Below are positions 13,052 through 25,000 of a stretch of DNA of 64,000 bases, piece by piece. Numbering within the stretch: the first letter of the stretch is position 1; each line of letters begins with the position of its first letter. This DNA is from Psammoneis japonica. Lineage: Eukaryota. Where the stretch lies: contig QPGO01000180.1 of NCBI GenBank assembly GCA_008632985.1, forward strand, positions 35,332 to 99,331, written 5' to 3'. A program made the translations under genes and the position numbers. The notes under the pieces are model-generated. The model worked only from the letters and a program-made list of their open reading frames with translations. It searched no databases and was not told where the DNA came from.

Positions 13052-13403
13052 ATGGATTGAATTTTAGAATACACGTTGTGTTGCTAGGCCTCTAAATCGT
13101 GTCTGATGCTAAATGCAAGGGTTGCTCACAAAAGCATGCATGGATTCTCGTCGATCGTGATGCATGCTGGTACTCATTGATAGGCGTCTTCCATAGCAAC
13201 TTTTAAGAGGATATTCTTTAGGATATACAAAGGGAAGTTCTCCAAAAAATATTCAAACTCATCCTTTGCCAATTCTCAAAATTGTCACGAGTAGAATTAG
13301 TTGAGGTTGACCCAGATATTGAATATGCGCCGACTGAAGATCTTTTCGACAAAATCTACTCCCGTACGAGTGCGCCATGATTGACTCGTTCAGTCTCCGT
13401 GAG

Positions 13404-13844
13404 TCACTTCTTTAGTCCTGTCAATCTTGGCCGATATCTCCTCCAGAATGTGACGGGGTTTACTACAATGCTGTCCACATCGTTGCGAGCCAAAACTTGC
13501 TTTCGCAATTCGCGATCTGCCGTAACTACATGGATCTTTTGCTTTTTCGATACATAATGGCCCATCGTATCAAGAATATAATCATCTGCAGAGACGTCCT
13601 GGTCAGTAACAACGGTGCAAAATGTTTTGGAATCATTCCAATCTTCGTTGGATGTCTTGTCGTCGCGGCCAGCATCAAACACAAGAATCACAGTGGATCG
13701 CTTGATGTTTTGTAGCTTGTCAAAGACTGCTTCTCGAGTCGGAGGTACTCCCCGCGACGCCATTAGATTATTCCCATCAATGAACCAAACATTATGTCGG
13801 GCCGCAAGAAGTGCTGATAAAGCAAACGCAAGAATCGGCACCAT
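13404..13844 (-). CDS. NYN/YacP-like PIN-fold nuclease domain protein
   Basis: WFIDGNN, LVFD, SADDYI, VVTADREL acidic motifs; start uncertain (ATG 13844 or 13883). Confidence 0.75.
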   Translation of the reverse strand: MVPILAFALSALLAARHNVWFIDGNNLMASRGVPPTREAVFDKLQNIKRSTVILVFDAGRDDKTSNEDWNDSKTFCTVVTDQDVSADDYILDTMGHYVSKKQKIHVVTADRELRKQVLARNDVDSIVVNPVTFWRRYRPRLTGLKK

Positions 13845-13999
13845 GGTCGATTGCGATCGCCATCGCGGGATGATGTCGAGCATCGCAGGATCGCGGATCG
13901 CGCACTTTTCCGGCCGTCCCGGCTTTCGCGCGCGTCCGTCGGCCATCCGGCACCGTGCCGTACCGGACAATGAGACGTGGTGTGTTTCCGCTTAGCTTC

Positions 14000-15545
14000 C
14001 CGACAGAATTCAAAACTTCTGTTCCAGTTTTGCTTGGCTCGGTCTCAAGTTGTTGCAGCAGGCTCATTCTCAAAGCCAAAATTCCCCCCACCACACCGCG
14101 ACACGACTGTGCACCCTCTCTTGTGCCCCTTCTTCTTCTTTGCACCACTCCCCCTCCTTCTCCTTCATCATTTTTTGCCAGCCACCAGTTTCCAATGACG
14201 ACACACGCCATGGCTTGATGATGATGATGAGGTGATCTCTTCTTCACTTGCTGGCTCTGTTGCATGTCATGCCTGAAATGCACCTCCACAAAGACTGCCA
14301 GCCAATGTGCAAAGACAGAAAACCACAGAGCAAGCTGGGGGGGTCTTGCTCCTTGAAAGCTTGCTCGAAAGATGCGTGCTGCAGCCACAACACTCTGCCA
14401 CACCATTGTGTAAAGGGTGCCATCTCCTTCTTGCTCCTTTGTGCTTGTTGCCAGCCTGAGAAGCTTCTTCCAAGCTTGTGTGTTGCCAGAGTGATGGCGG
14501 CAAAATGGGTTGCTTGCTGTTGCACCAACTTGCCCAAAGTCAGCGCAAATGCGAGGGTGACCATGGGCACAGCACAAACAAGAGAGAGCAAAGAAAAAGA
14601 GAAAGAGGAGTGGGAAAAGCAAGGAAAGGAGCCCCCTCTCTTGTTTGTGGGTGAAAAAAGTGTTTTTGCATTGTGAGCATTGTGCACTGCTGCAGTTGCA
14701 CGTTTGTCCTGGTCATCCAATGAAGTGCTGGTCATTGATGACTTTTTGTCTGGTGCTGTCCCAGCCAATGATGTGCATGACAGGGTGCTGTCATGTGCCA
14801 AAACAAGCTTTTGCAGCAAAACCCACCACTCTGCCTGCACGCACAAATGAACAAAAGATTTGTGCCACATTTTGTGGCAAACTTGGCAAGGCTTGGGAGC
14901 ATGTGTGGGGCTGCATCACTGCTCTGAAGTTGACCAGAAGCATTGTGCTGACAGTGCAGGTGGTCTTGCCTGCAAGACAAAAGATGCAAGCAGCATTGAT
15001 TCCTGTGTGGATGACTGTTGCTCACCAGAATGTGAAAACGCTAAAGACTCTGTCGGTCTTGTGAACAAGCCATGGAACAGGAGTGCATTGTCATCAAGAG
15101 CACAACTTCACTGCACCATGGTTGGACAATCTTTGCTCCACAGTGCCCAGCTTGCTTCAATCAAACTGCACCACTGTGGTTCTGCACCAAAGTTTGTTGA
15201 GACAGGCAAGTTCAACCTGCTTGGCAAATGTCAGTGTGCTGTGTCAGACTGCTCTTGATCTGAATCCCTTCAGAATGGGTCTGATTTGTGTCTCTGATCA
15301 GATGGTTGAGACAGTCAATGCACAGCCATGCTGACTGCTGTGTGGCCTGTTGTTGTTTTGACTGCAGGAAATTGGCAATTGTGTGCTGCACTGTGTGGCA
15401 TTGAGTTTCACAGCTGAAGGAATGCAACGCACAACAGCTGCAGCAGAATGCAGCTGGTGGCACCATACAACAAATTAAGCCTTCAAAAGATTTCAACCCA
15501 TGTTGTAACGACTGCAGCATGTGTTGTCCTCCGACACGCACCACT
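14000..15545. mobile_element. Degenerate ~1.5-kb insertion of unknown class, TpA- and CpG-depleted
   Basis: Abrupt switch to TG/CA-rich, TA/CG-poor sequence between two normal genes, same signature as recognisable TE remnants; no protein motif recognised. Confidence 0.55.
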
Positions 15546-15855
15546 GGGCGAGCGAATTCTGAATTACTCGACATAGATGGAGGAAAGGAGAATGATGAAT
15601 CTCGATTTCCTTCCTTGCTTTTCAATTCGAAGTAACTATTTGGTCTAGGCATCAAATAATACAGCATGCTTTTTTTCTATTCGTAGCAGATTAATTAGTT
15701 ACATTGCCCTAAAGTCGCGCTTTGAACATATAAACGGTTGATCAGTCGATACCGAAGTCCAGTCTCGTTTTAGGTAGCTTCATGAGAAGACAGCGCTCCT
15801 CATGTTGCAGCCATGTGGGGACGATTACACAGAAAAGCAATTCAACGTTTCCAAA

Positions 15856-16752
15856 TCATTTCTCCCAACGAAACTTGGTCTTCCATTTCTCGGCTTTGGC
15901 CGGATACAACGGCTCTTTCTTTCCCGTTTCAGGATCGGGATTGATTTGCCACGTTCGTGTCTCCAATGCGGCGGCGGCAGTCAGCCAAGACAGTGTCGAC
16001 GCCAACCATTTACCCGCTAGATGATCCACTTGGAAGAATCGCCATGCGGCATAGGCTTTGGATAGCCACAGCCCGTAAATGACAATCACGGACGTGCCAA
16101 GACGTCTCTCCACATTGTTAATGGTGTTCCACAGATTTGCAATGCATAGGTGAAACATGAGTGCCATGACGGCGGAATTTGCGTAAATGCCTTCCTTTGC
16201 AACTATTGTCGCCGCCGTAGCGGCACGAGTCCCAAAGACAAACAAAGGCCACATAATTGCAAAGACATATCCCGGTGGCGTCCAAGACGGTATATTCCGT
16301 CGCTGATATTCCCAATCTCGTTGCTTCGAAACCTTCTCTTTCACCTGAGGAAGTATGCTGAACATTGAAGTCTTTAAGTTGAAGAAGTAGAAGAACAAAA
16401 CGTTCGCATAAAACGGAATCTTGAGAGAAAACTTGGATACGAGTTTGTCGATTCCTGTAAGCGCACCGAAAATCAACGACATTTGCACCGTCAGACCAAG
16501 TGCATGCTTCCCGATAGCAGCAATATCGACTGGTGGGCGCCTCTTGGTGATCTCACCACCATTGATGCTTGCTGCAGAACTATGTAGAGAGGTTCCTCCC
16601 ATGCCTCCAGCACGAGGTACCACGCTGAACAATGATTGCGTCGGCGTAAACGACGGTCGCCGAACCTGGCTGGATGATGAAAAACCATTCGACGAAACAA
16701 ATGTCGCCAACAACACTGCTGTTACAAGTCTCATTACTTTTGTCTTTATCAT
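15856..16752 (-). CDS. TspO/MBR family protein, predicted plastid-targeted
   Basis: PSWTPPGYVFAIMWP motif, several TM segments, signal peptide followed by NG-F and a Ser-rich transit peptide. Confidence 0.85.
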   Translation of the reverse strand: MIKTKVMRLVTAVLLATFVSSNGFSSSSQVRRPSFTPTQSLFSVVPRAGGMGGTSLHSSAASINGGEITKRRPPVDIAAIGKHALGLTVQMSLIFGALTGIDKLVSKFSLKIPFYANVLFFYFFNLKTSMFSILPQVKEKVSKQRDWEYQRRNIPSWTPPGYVFAIMWPLFVFGTRAATAATIVAKEGIYANSAVMALMFHLCIANLWNTINNVERRLGTSVIVIYGLWLSKAYAAWRFFQVDHLAGKWLASTLSWLTAAAALETRTWQINPDPETGKKEPLYPAKAEKWKTKFRWEK

Positions 16753-17116
16753 GAGGTAAAACGATACTTTTCAAATAAAATGGGCTTTGTATGACAGAGA
16801 TCTGTCAGAAAGTAGTGTCAGTGATGGAACGTCGAAGATCGATTTCGTTTCTCGATGTGGACGATTCATTTTTGATAGGTCGATGTCGACCTTCCCGGCT
16901 TTTTCTCAACGTAGTTTTTACGTGATTTCAATACGAGATGATGACATCACATGCGAACTCCCTCCAACGATGCACGTCTGACTGACGCTTTCCCGCGCAA
17001 ATAGATCGCGGCATTATGTGACTGACTCAGCACTCAGCACTCAGCACACATCACCCACTTCAACTGATGGCCATGACGCAACTTCCGAAGCAATGCACAC
17101 TAAGAAAGGCAAAGCA

Positions 17117-17905
17117 ATGAGGTTGTTCATGGTGGTTTCCCTTCTAGCATCGGCAGCTGCACTTCAGACGACCTTTGTCCGGCGCAACGGAGCTAGAACA
17201 GCTCGATGTCTTGCAGCATCCGCCTCGTCGTCAGAGAATGCATTCTGGTCGTCAAGAACGAAATGCTGGAGACCCACCGTGAATGACGTTGAACGAATTA
17301 GTTGGGGCAAGCCAGCCAAGAAGAAAGGAACCGGAAGTAGGGGAGTTCCTCATCGATTGAATCAAGAGGAACGAGAGGCCTTTGATCGAGCCCGCCGACG
17401 GGGCTTTCTTGAAGTAGCGGGATCAGCCTGGAGAGCCCAACGTCGTGGTGCACCGCTGCTTAATTCCTATCGCAGTCTATGTGATGCTCGAGGACAACCT
17501 TGTATTGTGTTGCATAAAGGTGTTGAGTTTGACAGTCTTGTTCTTGACCTGTCGCCGCTGCGTCTTCCAGAAAGTTTTGCGGATGTTGCAGCCTCGTGTG
17601 CAGAGAATTTGGAAATTCAGCCAAACGAGGTGATTGCAGAAATGAGTGCTGATGTAGAGAGCATTACAGAGAGCCAGATTGATGTTCATACCGACGATGG
17701 CTTTGATCCTTGGGAGACACAACCGATTTACCACTTGTCCCCCTACTACGTTTCGTGGGAGCTTCCAAGGCCAGAAGCAAAGACTGCAGGAAAGATGCTT
17801 TCCAAAATGTTTGACACGAGTGAGCCCAAAGCAGCAAAGGCGAGAAAACCAGTCGGTGTAAGGCCTGGAAAGAGTCGAAGACATGGTGGATATGGGATTG
17901 GCTGA
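17117..17905 (+). CDS. Hypothetical protein, predicted organelle-targeted
   Basis: Intronless ORF; signal-like MRLFMVVSLLASAAA; conserved-looking core GSRGVPHRLNQEE...YRSLCDA. Confidence 0.7.
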   Translation: MRLFMVVSLLASAAALQTTFVRRNGARTARCLAASASSSENAFWSSRTKCWRPTVNDVERISWGKPAKKKGTGSRGVPHRLNQEEREAFDRARRRGFLEVAGSAWRAQRRGAPLLNSYRSLCDARGQPCIVLHKGVEFDSLVLDLSPLRLPESFADVAASCAENLEIQPNEVIAEMSADVESITESQIDVHTDDGFDPWETQPIYHLSPYYVSWELPRPEAKTAGKMLSKMFDTSEPKAAKARKPVGVRPGKSRRHGGYGIG

Positions 17906-18261
17906 AGATAATGAATCCTTATTCACCAACATGGGTCGAGCTAGCTTCAAGCTGAAGGACAAGCAAGATGTCTTCAAAGGCGGGACCACCGGTGCTCCGC
18001 TATAGAAAGGGCGCTATCTTCGCTCTTGGTGAAACAACATGACACACCAACTGAATGTTAGAGCAAGGACCGTCTCATGGGAACCATGTTACAGTGTTTT
18101 CGTTTGGCGCTGCTGCCTAAGAATAACCAGTGCCAGTTGCTCTTTTCGAAACGTAATAGACTGTATCTTAACCACACATAGTTATGGATAGGTGACGACT
18201 CCGATACTTAAATAGGAGTGCCTTTATGCGATATGGGTAGGAAATCCGTTCTGGTCCGCAA

Positions 18262-19170
18262 TTACGACCTCTGGGATATAAAATCGTCCCCGGATTCCTC
18301 ATCAAAATTGGAAGTACCATCAGTTGAATTTGATGGAGGTGATGAATATCCTCGAAAACTGGCTCTGCTCCCTCTTACTGCGTTTTCTACCCAGAGCTGG
18401 TCTCCTTTTCCATTGCGGTACTCCAGCATGCGTCTTTCATCCGCATCAATAGGTTCACCTCCTCTTGTAGACTGGTCCGACTTCAGATTTAGCTTAATTC
18501 CGCTTCCTTTTGCAGTGCTTTCAAGCCACAGTTCCTCTTTGCGCTTCTCTGCAGCCATTCTCCGTTTTTCGTCCTCTGCTCTCTCAAACGCATTAGTAGT
18601 CGTTTTGAGAGTATTCTTCGCCCATTTCTGCGCCATTTTTTGACGCCTTGCCTCATTTTCTGCCATTTCTGCCAGTCGCTTCTCTTCAACTTTTCGTGCA
18701 ACCTCCCGCGCTTCTGATAGACGACGATTTACCCACGCCATTTCTTCGACTGAGGGAGGTTCATCAATTTCCAAATCATTATTCACATCAGACGACCTTG
18801 GCCTTGACAAGCGCCGCAGTAGCTTTAAAAACGCCCATGTACTAACTACCGTGGTGGAAACCACCCGAACAGCATTATCGGTAGCCCCAAATTTCCAGAG
18901 CGCTCCAATCGTGGCGCCAGCAACAATCAGAAAATTTGTTCCCGCGCCACCTCTTCGCTTCGGTGGCCTCTGACTGTTGCGGATCACAGAAAAGTTTTGC
19001 TTGCGTGCTTGGGTTCGAAATTCCGATACCTTTTGTTGTATTCTAGACGTAGAGGGACGACATATGGGACTTGGTGAAACAAAAGAATCCACGTTGTGGA
19101 CGACACCGACCAGGAAAACGAGAAACATCAATACCACCGGTAATCGGCATGCTTTCATCATTCTTGTCAT
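18262..19170 (-). CDS. Hypothetical plastid-targeted membrane/coiled-coil protein
   Basis: 302-aa ORF; signal peptide + DS-FV; two hydrophobic segments; E/K/R-rich coiled coil. Confidence 0.7.
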   Translation of the reverse strand: MTRMMKACRLPVVLMFLVFLVGVVHNVDSFVSPSPICRPSTSRIQQKVSEFRTQARKQNFSVIRNSQRPPKRRGGAGTNFLIVAGATIGALWKFGATDNAVRVVSTTVVSTWAFLKLLRRLSRPRSSDVNNDLEIDEPPSVEEMAWVNRRLSEAREVARKVEEKRLAEMAENEARRQKMAQKWAKNTLKTTTNAFERAEDEKRRMAAEKRKEELWLESTAKGSGIKLNLKSDQSTRGGEPIDADERRMLEYRNGKGDQLWVENAVRGSRASFRGYSSPPSNSTDGTSNFDEESGDDFISQRS

Positions 19171-19619
19171 GAGCTATTCGTACTTCTTTTTTTGTGTTCC
19201 AAATCGTACCCGAGAATTTCCTCGATTGTATTCAGTTGTCATGAGCAATACTCAAAAACTTCTCGCGATTGTTGTTCGTCAGACTTTCACGGGAGCGTTA
19301 GTCCATTCTCATCGTTGAATGGCGCTTCCACGCATCACGCAGTCACAATTTTTCAATTTTGGCGATGAGGCGACAAAATTTTTTGGCGATGCTGACGACG
19401 AATCCAGTCGCGCGAATCATCGCGCGTCGAAAGCGTACTGTAGTCTGTCCTGGTGCGCTTTGGGTTATTTCGACGCGTGGCAATCAGCGGTTCACGACTC
19501 ACATGCATGACTGCGGTGCGTGACTGATGGATGAGTCGGGCGATCCGCCACACGAAGATTTCATGTCATTTCATCACCCAGTGTCCAGAATCATCGCCTT
19601 CTTTCAGTACTTGCAAAAG

Positions 19620-20624
19620 ATGACGATTATCGCTCTGTTCCTGTATTCGCTGATTGCCAAGTTCACCTCGTCCCCCACTGACTCTTTCTGTGAGGGGTGC
19701 GTAGTGGTTGCCGACAAGAAGAAAGAGACATCCGCTTTGGCTCGAGCCCGTGCACTTGATGCACCGCCTCCCAAATCATCTCTTGACGGAGAATACGAGG
19801 ACTACGATTGGTGGGAAGAGCACCAGGACCTACTTACTGAAGCTCGAAAGGAATGGGGTCATCTTCATGACGATTTGTACAACGTGGATTCGCAAGAGTT
19901 TGAAGAACGCTTCATCCACCAAGAAATCCGAAACGCAATCCACAATGCTAGAGTAAATCCATCGCCAGAAAGTGAGGCAGCTGTTCGTTCTTTGTGTATC
20001 AAGACAAATGCACCGGGAGTCTACGCTTTTCGTCTCTTTACGCAAGAATTCATCGACATGCTTCTCGAGGAACTAGAATTTCAAGAGGCGTCTGGCATTC
20101 CCGTGCGTCGACCAAACGGAATGAATCGATATGGAGCCATTCTCGCAGAGCTTCAAATGGGTTCTATATTGGACCATCTTATCGAACGTTACTTTCGTCA
20201 CTTGGGAACGCTCTTGTTTCCTCGTTCTGTTGGTCCTCATGATGCACAAGAGAATTATTCGTTTGTTGTGAGATACAAACAGGGCCAGGACGTGGCACTT
20301 GCCGAACATGCGGATGCGTCAACCATTACGGTAAATGTTTGTCTCGGAAAGGATGGATTTCAGGGAGGCTCACTGTATTTTAAAGGCGTTCGCTTTTCGG
20401 AAACGGCGGACCAGAAGGAACGAAATGAGATTGAAATGCAGCCAGGCATGGGTGTTATTCATTTAGGCGGTCATTTGCATGGCGCGTTGCCTTTGACGGG
20501 AGGTGAACGCATCAACATGATTGTGTGGATGTTTGGAGAGGATGGCTTTGTTCGAACAGCACCTTATTCGGAAAAGGAAGTTGACGAGTTTGCAGAAAGA
20601 CGATGGCTCCACAACGAGCTGTAA
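19620..20624 (+). CDS. 2-oxoglutarate/Fe(II) oxygenase (OGFOD2/PLOD-like), probably ER-resident
   Basis: RPNGMNRYG, FVVRY, HxD (EHADAS), distal His (HLHGAL), GGERIN; C-terminal HNEL. Confidence 0.88.
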   Translation: MTIIALFLYSLIAKFTSSPTDSFCEGCVVVADKKKETSALARARALDAPPPKSSLDGEYEDYDWWEEHQDLLTEARKEWGHLHDDLYNVDSQEFEERFIHQEIRNAIHNARVNPSPESEAAVRSLCIKTNAPGVYAFRLFTQEFIDMLLEELEFQEASGIPVRRPNGMNRYGAILAELQMGSILDHLIERYFRHLGTLLFPRSVGPHDAQENYSFVVRYKQGQDVALAEHADASTITVNVCLGKDGFQGGSLYFKGVRFSETADQKERNEIEMQPGMGVIHLGGHLHGALPLTGGERINMIVWMFGEDGFVRTAPYSEKEVDEFAERRWLHNEL

Positions 20625-20699
20625 TCATATTTCCTCTCAATGACTGCAATTAAAATGAATAGCTCTGCTTTTAGTGACATTCTATCCATATCTGAGTTA

Positions 20700-21872
20700 C
20701 TATTCCTCAGAGCAAATAATCTGAACTTTCATTGTAGACTTTTCTTCCGCGCACCGTACGGCTTCGTCAGCCTGAGACAACGAAAACGTCTTGGTAATGT
20801 ATTTCTGCACACGTAGCGGTTGCTGGCCGTTGTTATCTTCTCTGTCCTCGGTGTCTGGCAGATTCAGCAATTCCAGCGCTCTGTTAATTGGACCGCATCT
20901 AGATCCCACAACCTTTAGTTCGTCAATGACAAATGGCGCAGCATTAAATTGCTCTCCAGCCGCGCACGTGCTTTTTAGCACAAGGGTTCCCATAGGTCGA
21001 CAAAGTCCGGACGCCAAGGACAAACCAGCAGGACTACCGGTCGCTTCTACCACGACATCATACTTGGCAGCATGTTCTATAGATACCCCGTTAAATGCAC
21101 TGGCATCCTGACATTCTGATACTAGCTTTCCTTCCACTCCGCTGTCCTTGACTAGATCCAGCTTGTGTTGGTGTTTTCCAAATAGCACCGGTTTCGGGTG
21201 AGTCGAAGAGCGACCAAATCGAGACAGGTGCTCTCTTCCCAGCACTTCAGCAATCATGAGTCCGAGTTTGCCATCGCCAAGTATCGCAACCCGATCTGGA
21301 TGCTTCTCGTCATAACGAACAAGACCCTGTTCCACAATACGGCACGCCGCGGCGAGGGGTTCTGAAAACACTGCAATTTCGTTCGGCATTTCATCGGGTA
21401 CAACATGAAGATTGCGAATGGGTAGCGTCAGATATTCTGCCATGGTTCCGTTTCGGTTCAGGATACCCAACACGGATCGGTTGGGACAGTGATTGCGAGA
21501 CATTTTTGGGCACCGTTGATCCAGCCCAATCGAATTGCTGCAAACAGAGCAGTCGTTACAGCCCACGTTAATGTCACCACAGACACGTTTTCCAATCCAG
21601 TCTCGATCCTCTGGGTTGGTTTCCTCCACAATACCGACAAACTCGTGTCCCAACACGCCGTGAAATCCCATGTACCCTTTCAGAATTTCCAAGTCCGTGT
21701 TGCATACACCTGCACGCAGAACTCGGATCAAAGCAAAGCCAGGACCATCGAGTGTGGGCTTTGGAAGTTTCATAACTTTCCCAAAAGTGTCACCAGCGTT
21801 TGGGATAGCAAACGCAAGCATTGTTGCCTGCTCTGTGGAGGAGTTAGCATCATCGGAATCATCGGTGGCCAT
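20700..21872 (-). CDS. Zn-dependent medium-chain dehydrogenase/reductase (alcohol/polyol dehydrogenase-like)
   Basis: GVCNTD, GHEFVG, structural-Zn cysteines (CNDCSVC...C), EPLAA, GDGKLG, VGSRCG; intronless. Confidence 0.9.
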   Translation of the reverse strand: MATDDSDDANSSTEQATMLAFAIPNAGDTFGKVMKLPKPTLDGPGFALIRVLRAGVCNTDLEILKGYMGFHGVLGHEFVGIVEETNPEDRDWIGKRVCGDINVGCNDCSVCSNSIGLDQRCPKMSRNHCPNRSVLGILNRNGTMAEYLTLPIRNLHVVPDEMPNEIAVFSEPLAAACRIVEQGLVRYDEKHPDRVAILGDGKLGLMIAEVLGREHLSRFGRSSTHPKPVLFGKHQHKLDLVKDSGVEGKLVSECQDASAFNGVSIEHAAKYDVVVEATGSPAGLSLASGLCRPMGTLVLKSTCAAGEQFNAAPFVIDELKVVGSRCGPINRALELLNLPDTEDREDNNGQQPLRVQKYITKTFSLSQADEAVRCAEEKSTMKVQIICSEE

Positions 21873-22084
21873 GGTTGGTTTCTCTCTTTTCTTTGTTTTT
21901 TGTGGGGGTTGGTCTGAGGTCCGTCGGTCTGCTATTACAGTCACGAGTCAGTCACGAACTAGGTCTACAGTAAAGGACAAAGTCCAAGATAAAAGGCGAA
22001 AACGTTCAGACAGAGGGGCAACAACCCAAGAACCACTACGCGATTTGACCCCGATCGCCAGTGCGATCCCTCTAGGGCCCTAGG

Positions 22085-25000
22085 TCACTTTTTAATCGCT
22101 AGATTCCTAAGTGATTGCATAGCTTCCTCAAATGTGCCGCTAGCGAGAATCCTCTTGGGATCGTGTTCATTGGTTTCCACGCAGATATCCAATACTGCGG
22201 AAGCTAAATCAGATTTGTCTCCGTTTGTAGAAAGTAGCCGTGCACTGGTATTCCAGATCAACTCAAGAATATCCTGTGGTATGCCCTCCAGCCGTCTTTT
22301 GGAAGCTTGCGTGCTGACCGACGTGTCAATGGCAGTGATAGCCAAACTCCGAGCAAGCATGGCCGCGGCCAATAGGAAGAAGAAACTTGTTGCCGATCCT
22401 CGAACCGCAGATTCATCGGATCCAATATCAACTAAAACGGAAGCAAACATATCTAGCAGTTGTGGAGCATCGCGAGAAGAGCCGTCTTTGCGGGGCAAAC
22501 CACCGGTAAGGTTTGCTTGAAGGGCCTTGGCCATGGCTGAGCGGTCCGTCACTTCCGATGGCAGAGTCAGGAGACGAAGTACTTGTCGGAGTCTGCGAAT
22601 CGTCTCGCATCGAATCTTGACCGGGAAACCTGGCCGCAAGAAGAACCGGACGCATTCGGTAAATGCGTCGTACTGAGCGCCATATTCCAAGTAAGCATTG
22701 CACAGGTCACCAACAAAGTTCTCTAGCGCTGTCATCTCTTTTCCGGACAGAGTTTCATTCTCGTTACCAAATAGGCTTTCCACGACTTGTTCGTCCTCGG
22801 GGCTTGTCCTTTCGGCAGATTTCTCTCTTTTCTTTGCGGCTGGTGAGTGATTTACGCAAGCTTTGATAAAATCTTGTTCAAGAACCACCCTTCCAGGATT
22901 TTGAGTATACAGAGCAAACAAAAGGCTGGTGCAATCTCTGATTCTTTCATCTCGGATTACCGCCTCCGCGTACAAGCACACGTTGAACAAGTGGTAAAGC
23001 TTTGCGCCGTTTGGGATTTGTCTCGAATATAAATTCTGGTTTTGCTCCATTTCCGCCAATAGTTCCAGACTAGAAATAAGAATGGGAGTCACATCATCAC
23101 TATCATCGTGTGGTGCTGCTGTCTCAGATGGAAGAGCATCAGAAAAAACTGAAAGGACTTGCCACAGCCACAAGTTCCCTATTGGAAGAAGCAGCTCCGA
23201 TGAAGCGAGGGGACGCTTTGATTTTTGGCTATCAGCCGTACTTAACAGAGTGTCCACGTCAAAGTAAGGGATGTTGAGACTGTCACCCAAGCGATTCGCT
23301 GCAAGCTGGTAGCTATGACTGGTCTGGATTCTGGATTGCTCCGACGCATACATTTCCCGGAGAAAAATTGTTGGTAGAGGCGATTGGAGTTCTACTTCAG
23401 ATTCTTTTGACAACGTCTGAAAGAGAAACAGATTTCGAAAGACAAAGTCAGCAGTGGCCTCCTCCCCGTGCTGCAATCTAGCCAAGAGGGTAAACGCGAC
23501 CGAACGAATCACTGGAACACATGTATTGGCTTCCGAGTCAAGGCGAGTTTCGACGAGAAATCGACAAAGAGCCAGATGTGCGTTATTGAGCCACCCGATG
23601 CGTGCCCTAGAGACATGCCTGGAAGTTGACAATTCTAGAGAGACTGTTTTGACCTCGTATGAAGATATTATGTCGAGCAGCCATGTCCGACACTCGGTGA
23701 CTAATTCTTCGTCTGTGTCCAAAGCGATCGCATCTAACCTCAACAAGAACTGTAGAAAGGTTTCCAAGAGGCGGCACGACAAAGCTTCGTACAACACAGA
23801 TGACGCATCAGGACAGTCGATAGCCAACAATCTTATGGCAGCTGACTCTAAACAAGATTTCACGTCGACATTTTCCCACATGGCGCGGCCAACCTCGCAA
23901 TATCGTTTCGCTTCCAGAGGTGCCTTCTTCACTCCCCTTTCTAGCAGCAATGACGATGAAACAAGACGAAGACACGCGGCAAGCATTTTGAAACCGTCTA
24001 GGTCGACGTCATTTGCCGACTCCAGCCGAGGAGATGCCCGTGACTTTAGGTAGTCAATGCATTGGTTCGCCAATGAAGCCAGCCAATCGGTATTCAATAT
24101 GGCGTCGCTTGAAAACCGTCCGTTTGACATATTCGGATCAGACCGAGCCATTGTTGCGCAGTCACAGGTAAGAGCAAAGGCAGATAGATATTCCGCCGCG
24201 ACGCTGTAGCACTCTGGCCGCTCCGAGTCGTTGCACAGCAAAGCTTTCGAGATATGTGGCACAGCGAGAGTGACAAATGTTTGCACATGGTTAAGGGCTA
24301 GCCCATAGCGCACCATTGTTCGCCACCACATGGCTGTGTGTCTTTGGACTTTGTACTCGATCTCTGATGCGGCTGTCTGACCCAGGATTGGAGGTGCAAC
24401 GAGATCAAAAGGCAGTGATGTTGCAACAACTCGAGATTGGCGTGTTAATGTATTGAACAAAATCAGCAACGGGACTGACAAATAATCTGAATTTGAGTCG
24501 CCACTGTTGTTGACATCTGGATTGTTGTAACTTGTTGACGGGACCAAATCAAGTCGCTGCAAAAGACGTGGTATGATCTCGGCATGCTGTGCGATTGCTG
24601 AGGCAGCACCGGGGGATCGCACAGCCAGCATTGCTAAAATTCCGCACACGGCTTCAATTGCTTCATCTGGTAGGTTGTACTGCAGAAGCTTTGCCAGACG
24701 TGGTAAAATCCGCATACGGGAAAGAAGAGTCCAGCTAGGGTCCTTGTGAAAGGCTTCTCCGTCTGCTTGGGCAGAGCTTGTAGAGGAAAGTGTCGAATAC
24801 GCCACTGTATCCTTACCCATTTTGAGTGGTTCTCCGATGCTAACGTCACTATAGCATTCATACAAAGGGGGAGTCAATATACAGTCGTCCATAAAGTACT
24901 CTTGATAAATCTGAGCGGCATTTGCAATCGTGTCTGTTTTGGAGTGCTTAGTCACATCGACAACGTGATCCGGAGGGGCTCTCAAACACATCAAGGCGTA

